Positions 18,455 to 27,018 of a stretch of DNA of 64,000 nt are shown here, piece after piece. Made by a program: the position numbers and the translations under genes. The stretch spans positions 3,582-67,581 of the forward strand of contig JBAPYB010000416.1 of NCBI GenBank assembly GCA_049284515.1. The letters run 5' to 3'. Every line of letters starts with the position of its first letter. Position 1 is the first letter of the stretch. Origin of the DNA: Thermoanaerobaculia bacterium (GTDB lineage Bacteria > Acidobacteriota > Thermoanaerobaculia > Multivoradales > UBA5704). The notes under the pieces were generated by a model. The model had not been told where the DNA came from. It did not search any database and saw nothing but the letters and a program-made list of their open reading frames with translations.

Positions 18455-21400
18455 TCAGAGCCTCCTGGCTCGATAAAGCTGCTTCAGGTAGATCGTCTCG
18501 AGGAATCGCACGAGGATGCTGCGGTTTACCAACGGGCGCTCGATGTTCACGATGTCCTTGTTGCACTCCCTCTCAAGCGCTTGGACTTCGGCGCCTTTCT
18601 CGAACTGGATGAAATCCCAAGCTGGCGGGAGCTTGATCTCTGAAAGGACCGGATGCAAACGAGAGTCCGAGAGCTGATGGGGCACGACCTCATGCCAGGG
18701 CACATCTTCGCGCTTTCCCGAACCGTTGCTGTAGCGGACGTCAAATCCGACAACGGACCGGACGCCATTTACTCCGTTGCCGACATCCTCAATGCTGCGG
18801 TACAAATCTCTCTCTGCCGCTATGATCGTGCCGTAGCCAATCGCCGCCTTCGGTCCGGGCCAAGTAATACCGTTCCCGAGACTAGGCTCCCTTGCAGCCG
18901 TCAGTTTGGTGAAGCCCTCCCTCTCAAGAAGGAAGCGAAACACTTCACGAAAGCCGGCGCGGTAGTTAGAATCCTGGGAGGGTACGACATCGGCCAGAGA
19001 CCAGCCATTTCCTACGAGATAGAAGGTCACCTCTTCCTGACGATAGTCCTTCTGCCGATGGACCGACAATGAGTCGAACAAGCAACGAATAAAATGCGCG
19101 ATGGGAGAGTAGAATCGTATAAGCAGATCGATCATTACCTGCCGGGCATGAGCGTTGCCGCGATATTGCGTCCGCACGACGGTCTCGAATCCTCGCAGGC
19201 GGGTTTCCCGCAGCAACCACAAGAGGCGATGCCGCGCGTCGCGAGTCTCTGTGGGCTTCGGAAACAGGTCCGCTTGGCGATCATCGGCGAGTAGGCGCAG
19301 GAAGGCGTTGCCACCATAGAGCAGACTATCGATGAAGATTGGCTTCAGCTCGCTCTGATCCCATTCGAACATGCCGATGTCGGTAGTACCTCCCCCCATA
19401 TCTACAACCAAGGAGAGACCCTCAGGAACTCTTAGAGAAAACGCCGCCGCTCGCGACTCATCAATGAAGTGTTGAGTATTGGTCGGGAACCCAGTGAGCC
19501 TGTCGAGCGATTTCAAAACACGGTCAAGGCACTGGAGATACGTTTTCAACTTGGCTTGGGAAAAGGCTCGCGGGAATGACGCCCGCACTTTGAGGAATCC
19601 GGTCCTCGGCTCCTCGGCAATGATCGTCGCCAAGGTGAGAACGAGGAACAGCTCGAGGTAGCGAGACACGGCCTGTTCATAGGTGAAACGACCCGCGGCA
19701 TCGCCCTTCTCGTCCAAAGTCTTCAATTCGTAGATGACTTCTCCCTGGGGCTCCGAGACGTAGACGTGCAGAATGCGAAATCCGCCGATCGGCTTGTTCA
19801 GCATCTCCGCCGAGACCGGAGGAGTGACCACTAATTCTGACGGAATGAAGTAATTCATCCTCTCAATGATCTCGATGGGTTCTGGAGCCACGCCGTCCTC
19901 AGTTTGAAGTTCAGAGAAGTAGCGGGATCGAACCGTCTCCTCATCGTCGATGCGGTAAGTCGGCAGCCACTGAGAAGTCCGAATGATACGATCTGATATC
20001 GTTCGGTTTCCAATCAGCGTTTCGGTGAAGTCTCGAAACCGTATGACCTTGGGCGCATCGTCACCGATCCTATACCACACCGAGGAGCTCGACGTTCCAA
20101 AGTCGAGCGATATGGTCACCGGAGTCTGACCACGATGCTGCTCGACGCGAGAGGTCTCATAGATTCCCGACTGAGACTCGATCTTCCCGTCTTTAGAAAA
20201 GACAATCTCGAATGCTTCAAAAGGCTGCGTTAACTGGCCACGCCTGTCCGTTAACAGCGTCGGCTCACCGTGAGTATCCAGGCTTCGCAGGGTAATACCC
20301 GCCTTGTTCATCCCCGGGGTCGATTCAAGGAGGTAGTAGTATACGTTCCACCCCCTTAGGTTGAATCGCGGCCAGGAAAGGAGGATCGCTTCCTCCTTCT
20401 GGATCTCCTTGGGTGAGTACCGCAGAGTAATGGTGGTGCTCTTCCAGCCTTCGACGTTCACCTTTAGTGGTACGATGTAGTCACCCGACAGACGATCCAT
20501 TACAGCGCGCCTGTCATCCGCAATGGACACCAGTCCGTAGTACTCGCCCCGCACCGGCAAACTCGGCTCATACTGATGGCTGTTGTCCTGAGGGTCCTGA
20601 AAGAAGATCAGCCGAGTGCATTTGAGGGCGTCTTCCGTCAGGATGAGCCCGCGTATCTTGAGAGAGAATTTCCCCGTCTGGAGGACAATCCCATCTTGTT
20701 CGTAGGACACGTACTTGGAATAGGGGAGACGGCGCACGGGACTATCGGCAAAAGCATAAATGAGATAACGGTTTCGCCCCTCGTCAAATTTGATCCATGT
20801 CGCGTACTCCTCCAGCCAATTCTGCCTCGCGCCGCAGTGCGGGCAGCGACATTCATCAGGATGAGCGATGTCGACCTGACCTGTTTCTGTTGTGATGTCG
20901 AACCCGCAATTCTCGCAAACAATGGGCGTACCGATATAGAGAGGGATCTGGGGCTGTGAAACTTCTGCGGCCAAGCCAGCCTCCCCCAGGCGCAGAACCG
21001 GTCCAACTCCGAAGAGCCGCGCAGGCTCCCGCGGCAGCGAGCCCGATGCATCGGGATTCCACACCGCCGCCAACCTGTAGACCAAGGTGTAGAAGGGCAG
21101 ACGCCCCTGGTCTTGCTCATCGAAGGTGCGAACCCAACCGACGAAATACTCGGACGCCTTTTCCACATCCTTCGCCTGGACCGCCTCCTTCAAAGACGCG
21201 AGGGTCTCAGGTCTCAAGCGGGAAGCAGGAGCGAAACCGATACCTGGATACGTGAAGCCAATAACGCTACCAGAATACGTCAGGAATTGAAACCGAAATC
21301 CGGATTCGAACGATTCGAACTCTCGGTGGAGGATCAGCCCCAATTCTTTTAAATCCTCCAGCTTGACGTCTCGCGGTGTGATTAAGCCGAGATAGATTCC

Positions 21401-21667
21401 CTTGAGTATCAGGCTCCAGAGCTCGAAGCTCTCGCTGAAGCGAAGCCTGGAGCCCTTACCCTGGAGATCTAGCAGGTATTGGTCGAGACGATTTGCAAAG
21501 ACGAGCGCGTTCGCCAGCGGCGAAGGGGTTCCGAAGTCGCTGGCATCGAAGTAGTTCTCGCATAGATTGCGCTGATAATCCAGATCGGAGACCCCGTGGA
21601 GGCCAACCTCGGCTTGGTGGGGCCAATCCTGCACTTTCGGCTTGGGCAGCAGGGGAACGGTCGCCAT
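18455..21667 (-). CDS. Giant Hsp70/actin-fold ATPase with an N-terminal region containing a zinc ribbon
   Basis: 1070 aa. Zinc ribbon is CENCG...18 aa...CPHCG (aa 251-279). Phosphate-1 is SLDFGTSSSSV (aa ~519). Phosphate-2 is VVDMGGGTTDIG (aa ~753). An adenosine-like motif FYLVGNGWS is present. Confidence 0.75.
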   Translation of the reverse strand: MATVPLLPKPKVQDWPHQAEVGLHGVSDLDYQRNLCENYFDASDFGTPSPLANALVFANRLDQYLLDLQGKGSRLRFSESFELWSLILKGIYLGLITPRDVKLEDLKELGLILHREFESFESGFRFQFLTYSGSVIGFTYPGIGFAPASRLRPETLASLKEAVQAKDVEKASEYFVGWVRTFDEQDQGRLPFYTLVYRLAAVWNPDASGSLPREPARLFGVGPVLRLGEAGLAAEVSQPQIPLYIGTPIVCENCGFDITTETGQVDIAHPDECRCPHCGARQNWLEEYATWIKFDEGRNRYLIYAFADSPVRRLPYSKYVSYEQDGIVLQTGKFSLKIRGLILTEDALKCTRLIFFQDPQDNSHQYEPSLPVRGEYYGLVSIADDRRAVMDRLSGDYIVPLKVNVEGWKSTTITLRYSPKEIQKEEAILLSWPRFNLRGWNVYYYLLESTPGMNKAGITLRSLDTHGEPTLLTDRRGQLTQPFEAFEIVFSKDGKIESQSGIYETSRVEQHRGQTPVTISLDFGTSSSSVWYRIGDDAPKVIRFRDFTETLIGNRTISDRIIRTSQWLPTYRIDDEETVRSRYFSELQTEDGVAPEPIEIIERMNYFIPSELVVTPPVSAEMLNKPIGGFRILHVYVSEPQGEVIYELKTLDEKGDAAGRFTYEQAVSRYLELFLVLTLATIIAEEPRTGFLKVRASFPRAFSQAKLKTYLQCLDRVLKSLDRLTGFPTNTQHFIDESRAAAFSLRVPEGLSLVVDMGGGTTDIGMFEWDQSELKPIFIDSLLYGGNAFLRLLADDRQADLFPKPTETRDARHRLLWLLRETRLRGFETVVRTQYRGNAHARQVMIDLLIRFYSPIAHFIRCLFDSLSVHRQKDYRQEEVTFYLVGNGWSLADVVPSQDSNYRAGFREVFRFLLEREGFTKLTAAREPSLGNGITWPGPKAAIGYGTIIAAERDLYRSIEDVGNGVNGVRSVVGFDVRYSNGSGKREDVPWHEVVPHQLSDSRLHPVLSEIKLPPAWDFIQFEKGAEVQALERECNKDIVNIERPLVNRSILVRFLETIYLKQLYRARRL

Positions 21668-21683
21668 CGCTTACCTCCAGACT

Positions 21684-23099
21684 CTACAGACTAAAAACTT
21701 GCGCCAGATGCGACAGGAAGAGGTTCGAGAATCTTTCCGCGAAGGCTTCGGGAGTGCGTAGGTCCCTCTTCGGAAACTGTGCCACGACGTGCCGATCGTC
21801 ACACCAATCCTGGATCGCGGCGAGCGGCTCGGCGACTGTCTGATCGTAGCGCTCCGCCAAGACTCTTTCGGCTCCCTCTGGGAATGGGAAAAAGTGGGGA
21901 TGGTTCATTTTCTTGATCCAATCAACATTGGCGGTTGACTGGCCCTGGAGTTTTCCGAGGTAATCGGCAACGGCAGCAGTCACCTGATTGTCCGTCAGCG
22001 TGGAGCCTTTCAGCATGTTGATCGCCGTCTGGATCAAGATAGGCTGATGTGAGCCCGGAAGTCGCGGGAACTTTCGGAAAAACTTGCTGAGGATGCCTAG
22101 CCAGTGGCCGCGAACGTACGACCGGTGGATCACCTTGATCAGGCTGAGGGGGTCGGCGTTCGCCTCGCGATTCACCAACAGGTTACTGGCATTGAGTCCG
22201 CTTTCATCGTCGTACCAATATCCAGCTATTCCCTGAGGTGGGGAGAGAGCACCGGCGAAATGATTCTGGACCAGCAGAGCTGCCAGGAGATTGAGGATAT
22301 GAGGGACCTCATCCTGCGACGACTCGCTGCTGGTCCGGTCCACCTGGCCGGGATCAGGAACACCCAGGAGAAATACCGTGTTCACAAATTGACGCAGCCG
22401 CTCCCGGAAGTAGTAGATGCCGGCGGCCGCATTAGGCTCGAAATTCGCATTGAGATAGTCGTGTAGCTTCGCCTGGGAGGCCTTCACTCCACCTTCTGGT
22501 GGGATGAGACGGAACCACGGTAAGAAGATCATGGCGTCCACCTGAAGGTTGTAGCCAGGCTGGCCATTCAAGCGGGAAAGCTCAGAGGCGAGCATCGGCA
22601 CCCCGCCGGACCCGGTGCCTCCAAAGCAGGAACCGACGAGAATGACGTGCTTCTCTCCTCCTCTCAAGGCGTTCTTCAGGTCCTTCATATCCTCGTCGTC
22701 CTGCTGGATCTTGTACTGGATGCAGGTGGCCCCGATCGCGGGCCGGCCATACATGCCGGTACGGATCGGCGTATGCTCCGCTTCTTCGGAGAAGAGGCAA
22801 TTGAAGAGCTCCCGGCGGTCCCCCGCCAGGTTTCCGAACAAACTGCCAAACGTCTTTCGGTCGGCATCGGCGATCGGAAAGGGGTCGATCATCCAGCGGA
22901 GAGGGGGCTCCTTTCCACCTACCACTTCTTTGACCCTTCCCTTGAGCGTTGCGAGCACGCGGCCCAACGGGCCTTCGGTGTCTGAATCCACGACGTAGAA
23001 CGTCGCCGGAGTAAAGCCGGCCATCTCCGCAAGCCGCAGGTAGGCAGCGAGGACCATCTGCCCAGTACCGCCAACTCCGATGAGAACAGGGATCTTCAT
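21684..23099 (-). CDS. Tubulin/FtsZ-superfamily GTPase (Tubulin_2/FtsZl1-like)
   Basis: 471 aa. T1-like loop is VLIGVGGTGQ. T3-like loop is GMYGRPAIGA. The tubulin signature is GSCFGGTGSGGVP (nt ~22602-22622). Confidence 0.75.
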   Translation of the reverse strand: MKIPVLIGVGGTGQMVLAAYLRLAEMAGFTPATFYVVDSDTEGPLGRVLATLKGRVKEVVGGKEPPLRWMIDPFPIADADRKTFGSLFGNLAGDRRELFNCLFSEEAEHTPIRTGMYGRPAIGATCIQYKIQQDDEDMKDLKNALRGGEKHVILVGSCFGGTGSGGVPMLASELSRLNGQPGYNLQVDAMIFLPWFRLIPPEGGVKASQAKLHDYLNANFEPNAAAGIYYFRERLRQFVNTVFLLGVPDPGQVDRTSSESSQDEVPHILNLLAALLVQNHFAGALSPPQGIAGYWYDDESGLNASNLLVNREANADPLSLIKVIHRSYVRGHWLGILSKFFRKFPRLPGSHQPILIQTAINMLKGSTLTDNQVTAAVADYLGKLQGQSTANVDWIKKMNHPHFFPFPEGAERVLAERYDQTVAEPLAAIQDWCDDRHVVAQFPKRDLRTPEAFAERFSNLFLSHLAQVFSL

Positions 23100-23113
23100 G
23101 TCAACTCCTTGCC

Positions 23114-23746
23114 TCAGCCATTCTCCATGATGCGCTGAAATTTCTTTGCTGTCACGGACCTTGGAAGCGTCACTCCTACCCAGAAGAAGAGAAACGCCGC
23201 CAGGAGAGAAGTCAATAGAATGAAAAGGCCGAGAACGAGGCCGCCAAGCCAGCTTCGCAAGGCCCAGGCGGCAGGAAGGAACTGCTTGGCGAGCTCGACC
23301 TCATTGGTCGGCTGAAAGATAGCCCTGGGCAGGCCGATGCCTGAAAGGATGCACGCGACGGCGAACAGCAGGAACAACGCATTGAACCAGGACTTCGATT
23401 CTCGGTCGGCGGCAATGGCACGCGCGTTCATGGCTGAGGTCCAGCGATACCAACCCGCGAGCCCCATACCCATGAAGAGACTGATCAGAGCCCACACAGA
23501 GAGAAATAGCCATTTCTGGCTGGCTACGAACTCAGGGCGGATCAAGCCGCTTGAGCTCGTGTCGATCGGGCCGAGAAAGCGCCCCGTTATCGCGTTGACC
23601 TGGTTTGGCAACAAAGTCGTGTAGATGCTGAACATAACCGACAAGATCGTTGCGATTGAGGCTGCCACGTTGAAAACGGCGTCGAGCTTGCGCTGGTTGG
23701 CCACAGAAATCTCCTCACGCGTAAGCGCGGAACAAAATCGAGACAA
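23114..23746 (-). CDS. Integral membrane protein, first gene of the island operon
   Basis: 210 aa with about 4 TM helices. TTG start; an alternative GTG start lies at 23704. Confidence 0.6.
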   Translation of the reverse strand: MSRFCSALTREEISVANQRKLDAVFNVAASIATILSVMFSIYTTLLPNQVNAITGRFLGPIDTSSSGLIRPEFVASQKWLFLSVWALISLFMGMGLAGWYRWTSAMNARAIAADRESKSWFNALFLLFAVACILSGIGLPRAIFQPTNEVELAKQFLPAAWALRSWLGGLVLGLFILLTSLLAAFLFFWVGVTLPRSVTAKKFQRIMENG

Positions 23747-23815
23747 CAGCCCTCAAGAGAGGACGGGATCCCAGGCCTCTACATGTTCATTTAGGCACAG
23801 AGCACTCGTAGCCCT

Positions 23816-23844
23816 AGTATTCCACGCAGCGACGGGCTGGTCAA
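23816..23844 (-). promoter_or_regulatory. Candidate sigma-70 promoter of the island operon
   Basis: The minus strand reads TTGACC-17 nt-AATACT about 70 nt upstream of the first gene. The match is weak. Confidence 0.25.
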
Positions 23845-24072
23845 GGCTTCAAGGTCAGGCTAAAAATAGTTACGCATCGAAATATTGCAATGCTAGGCTA
23901 CGACGCTGGCCGCCCCTCTGTTCTAACCCCTGAAGACACCAGCCAAGTGGCTTTGGTTAGACGGATTGGACGCCGCAGGTGCTCGTGCTCCCGGCCCCTC
24001 CCGGCCCCTCCTTTACCTGTAAGCAACCCCGGTTCCGTGCTATGGTCCCCTGTCGCTTCCGGAGGGAACCCG

Positions 24073-24279
24073 ATGAACCGGCAGACGCTGGCTCTCAGCA
24101 TCGAGCAGGAGCTTTTGGAGGAGGCGCATGCGGTGGCGGTGCGGCGGCATACGTCGGTCAACGAGATGGTCCGCGCAAGCGCCTCGAAGCCTGGCACGAC
24201 GTCAGGAAGCTCCTGGAGAAGCCCCAGGTCTGGCTCGGGCCGGCTCTCCGGAGCCGGGAGCGGCTCCATGAAAGGTGAG
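24073..24279 (+). pseudogene. Degenerate second copy of vapB plus the first 4 codons of vapC
   Basis: 24031-24279 matches 9568-9847 apart from a few substitutions and a 31-bp internal deletion that shifts the frame. Similarity ends after ATGAAAGGTGAG. Confidence 0.75.
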
Positions 24280-24413
24280 TTGGGGGTGTCTCGAAAGATG
24301 GCGTCTGCGCCTCCGATGGCGCCCGGGGCTGAAGACCCGGGCGGTCAGGCGGAGATCAACACTTTCGAGACACCATCTTAAGGGAGCTACCAGGGGGCGG
24401 TGGGCCGAGACCG

Positions 24414-24725
24414 CTAGCCAATGCGGCGGTTCAGATCCCCGTAAGACAGGTGGAGCAGAGTCTTCACCTCCCCGATCTCTTTCCTGAGCTCCGATCGGTG
24501 AGCAACGAGCTTCTCGTCGAAAGTGCCCATCTTCTCCGCGAGCAACTGAACGTCCCCACGCAGACCCTCTACCATGACCTGGGTATGCCGGACACCTTCC
24601 TCCACGCGCTCAATGCGGCCGTTGGTCTCTTCGAACCTGCCGTTGGTCTCTTCGCGGAAGCTTGCAAGCTGCTGAGCGCTTTCGCGGAAGCGTTCGTCGA
24701 GATAGGTGATCAAGTCTTTGTCCAT
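24414..24725 (-). CDS. Small coiled-coil protein, hypothetical
   Basis: 103 aa starting at MDKDLITYL. Heptad-rich sequence; trimmed from the 148-aa ORF. Confidence 0.5.
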   Translation of the reverse strand: MDKDLITYLDERFRESAQQLASFREETNGRFEETNGRIERVEEGVRHTQVMVEGLRGDVQLLAEKMGTFDEKLVAHRSELRKEIGEVKTLLHLSYGDLNRRIG

Positions 24726-24947
24726 GGCACCCTGAGCCCCGAGGTTGGTAGCAGCAAGAAACGGTAGGCTACCGCAGGTCGCACCAGGCACACAAGAGAA
24801 AACCGCCCCCGCCGGAATACCTCCCACCCCTCCTCTTGTTCTCCTCGAACAGACGTTCAAAGGGGCTAAAATGCCGGGTCATCTATATGACGGAGCGCCA
24901 TTTGACAGGGTTGACCGGGGCCGAGTAGAGTGCTACGCGTGTGGGAG

Positions 24948-26879
24948 ATGCCTAGAATGCGGGCCCTTCGCCAGAGCTTGCCGCTGATCGTCGCAGTCAC
25001 CCTTCTCGGTCAGGCCGGCTCGGCGTTTGCCGAAGGCCGTCAGGTGGGCGTCGCCGGCCGGGTGGTCGGCGAGACGTCGCCTCTCGCGGCGGCCCAGATC
25101 TATGCTTATCAGCTCGTCGACCTCTCCCTCCACAAGGTGTTGACGGACACGCAGGGCAACTTCCTCTTCCAGAACCTCCCGGTCGGAAACTACCAGATCA
25201 TCGCCCACAAGGCCGGCTTCCTTCCCGTCGTGGTGATGCTCACCCGTACGACGGCTCAGGCCTATCAGTTCCTCGAGCTGCAGCTCGCCCAGCGCCAAGC
25301 GGGGCAGCCGGCTTCGGAGGACGATTTCTGGGCCGTTCGCGCCCGGGTGCCGGCCGACGTCCTGCGCGACATCGAGACCGCCGCCCAGACGGAGGACACC
25401 CGGATCGCCCTGTTCAATGGCACCGCCGAGACCATCGCCAGCAGCTTCAGGGCCGAGATCCAGGGCCTGACCGGCGTCGATCAGATCGCCGGCGGCCAGG
25501 TCTCCGGCGGCGGCGTGGGCCTCAAGGGCTACGTCGGCGACACCCAGGTGGACCTCAAGGGCCAGTTCAGGCAACTGAGCGCGGATCCCTTCCAGGGCAC
25601 GGCAGGCGGCGGCTTCGGCACGGGAACGGGACAGGCCAGCAGCCTCTCGCTCGATCTCGATCGCGATCACGGCAGCAGCCGGATCAACATCACCTCGCTC
25701 AACAACCGGATGATGACGCGAAGCGAGTCGGGAGCCCCGGTGTCGCCCGTGGACTTCGAGCACTACCAGGTGAATTGGTCGCAGGCAGTGGGCGACAGCG
25801 GCCATTCGGAGGTCTCCGCCCACTACACCGCCGAGAACAACTTCCACCGCCAGGCCCCGATCGACCCGCTGGGCATCCCCGAGACGTCCCGGTCGTGGCG
25901 CATCGAGGGCGCCTATACAGAGGCCTTCAGCGACACCAACACGCTGCAGGCCGGCCTGCGGTACCGCGAGCGCGAGTTCGGGCTCGGCGACGACCCAAGC
26001 CGGCAGGGCAAGGCCGCCGAGCGGCAGGCCCTCTCCAGCGTCGACCTGTTCAGCCGCGGCGGCGTCCGCGTCGAGCCGGCCGTGCTCATGGAGTATGGGC
26101 TCTACAGCACGCTCTCCGACGGCAGCCTGGCGCTCACCCCGCAGGGAGGCGTGGTCTTCCAACTCGGCTCCGCCTGGCAGCTCGAGACCACCGCCGCCCA
26201 CCGGGTCTACACCGCCGCCCAGGCCACTCCCGATTTCCTCCCCACCCTCTTCGAGCAGCGCGACCTCTGTGAGCAGGGCAGCCAGGCCTGCTACCAGATG
26301 AACCTGTCGCGCAAGGACGGGGACGACGACACCTTCACTTTCGGCGCCGTCCACCGCACGGTGGGCGACACGTTGCGGCTCTACTTCAGCGAGGACTTCT
26401 TCGATCGCCTGGAGAGCCTCTACCTGGTGCGGGGCGACAAGCTTCCCGAGATTCATGTCGGGATGCGTCACAAGATCTCGCCGAAAATTGTCACCAAGCT
26501 GGAGTCCAGCCTCGCCTCGGGCGGCGGCGGCAAGTTCTTCGCCGCTGACGGCCGCCCCTATGAGAACCAGGTGCGCTATCTGGTGGCCTCGCTCGACACC
26601 CAGTTCCTGGGCACCTCGACCGGGGTCTTCATCGCCTTTCATCGCCTGGCGCAGCAGCTCGACCCCGCCCTCGGCATCGCCGGCCCTCCGACCACCCTGG
26701 AGTACCAGCGCCTGCAGCTCAGGCTGAGCCAGAATCTCAACGTCCTGGCCAACCTCGTCTCCGATTGGGCCGTACAGCTCAACATGGAGCTCAGCCGCGG
26801 CGCCACGCTCACCGGCGATCCCACCAGCGGCGACGCCATTCGCCGGCGCATCCTCGGCGGCATCGCCGTCAAGTTCTAG
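24948..26879 (+). CDS. Outer-membrane beta-barrel protein with a carboxypeptidase-regulatory-like domain
   Basis: Signal peptide is LPLIVAVTLLGQAGSAFA. GRVVG...GNFLFQNLPVGNYQIIAHKAGF is CarbopepD_reg-like. The C-terminus ends in GGIAVKF, with a terminal aromatic residue. Confidence 0.7.
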   Translation: MPRMRALRQSLPLIVAVTLLGQAGSAFAEGRQVGVAGRVVGETSPLAAAQIYAYQLVDLSLHKVLTDTQGNFLFQNLPVGNYQIIAHKAGFLPVVVMLTRTTAQAYQFLELQLAQRQAGQPASEDDFWAVRARVPADVLRDIETAAQTEDTRIALFNGTAETIASSFRAEIQGLTGVDQIAGGQVSGGGVGLKGYVGDTQVDLKGQFRQLSADPFQGTAGGGFGTGTGQASSLSLDLDRDHGSSRINITSLNNRMMTRSESGAPVSPVDFEHYQVNWSQAVGDSGHSEVSAHYTAENNFHRQAPIDPLGIPETSRSWRIEGAYTEAFSDTNTLQAGLRYREREFGLGDDPSRQGKAAERQALSSVDLFSRGGVRVEPAVLMEYGLYSTLSDGSLALTPQGGVVFQLGSAWQLETTAAHRVYTAAQATPDFLPTLFEQRDLCEQGSQACYQMNLSRKDGDDDTFTFGAVHRTVGDTLRLYFSEDFFDRLESLYLVRGDKLPEIHVGMRHKISPKIVTKLESSLASGGGGKFFAADGRPYENQVRYLVASLDTQFLGTSTGVFIAFHRLAQQLDPALGIAGPPTTLEYQRLQLRLSQNLNVLANLVSDWAVQLNMELSRGATLTGDPTSGDAIRRRILGGIAVKF

Positions 26880-27018
26880 GGTTCTTCAGCCCGCGGAAGG
26901 TTCGGGACGGCTTGGGCGATATCTCCGCCCCGAGCCCTCACTCCCCCAACCCCCTCTCTCCCACCGCACTCCCACCCGACCGGGAGAGAGGGGGCTAAAA
27001 CAAAAATCCTGAACCCTA

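Noticed and set aside
21684-23099. Tubulin-like gene interpreted as the housekeeping cell-division ftsZ
   Set aside because: It is not in a dcw/ftsA-ftsQ context and lies in low-GC foreign DNA. I could not see the canonical FtsZ C-terminal domain and tail.
10910-24030. Island interpreted as a prophage or an integrative conjugative element
   Set aside because: No integrase, recombinase, capsid, terminase, tail, relaxase or T4SS-like genes were recognised, and no flanking tRNA. Only the nine-gene operon is present.
23890-24381. 163-aa ORF spanning the right island border
   Set aside because: It is a read-through fusion of non-coding island-edge sequence with the frameshifted vapB copy. Only the vapB-derived part has homology, so I called it a pseudogene instead.
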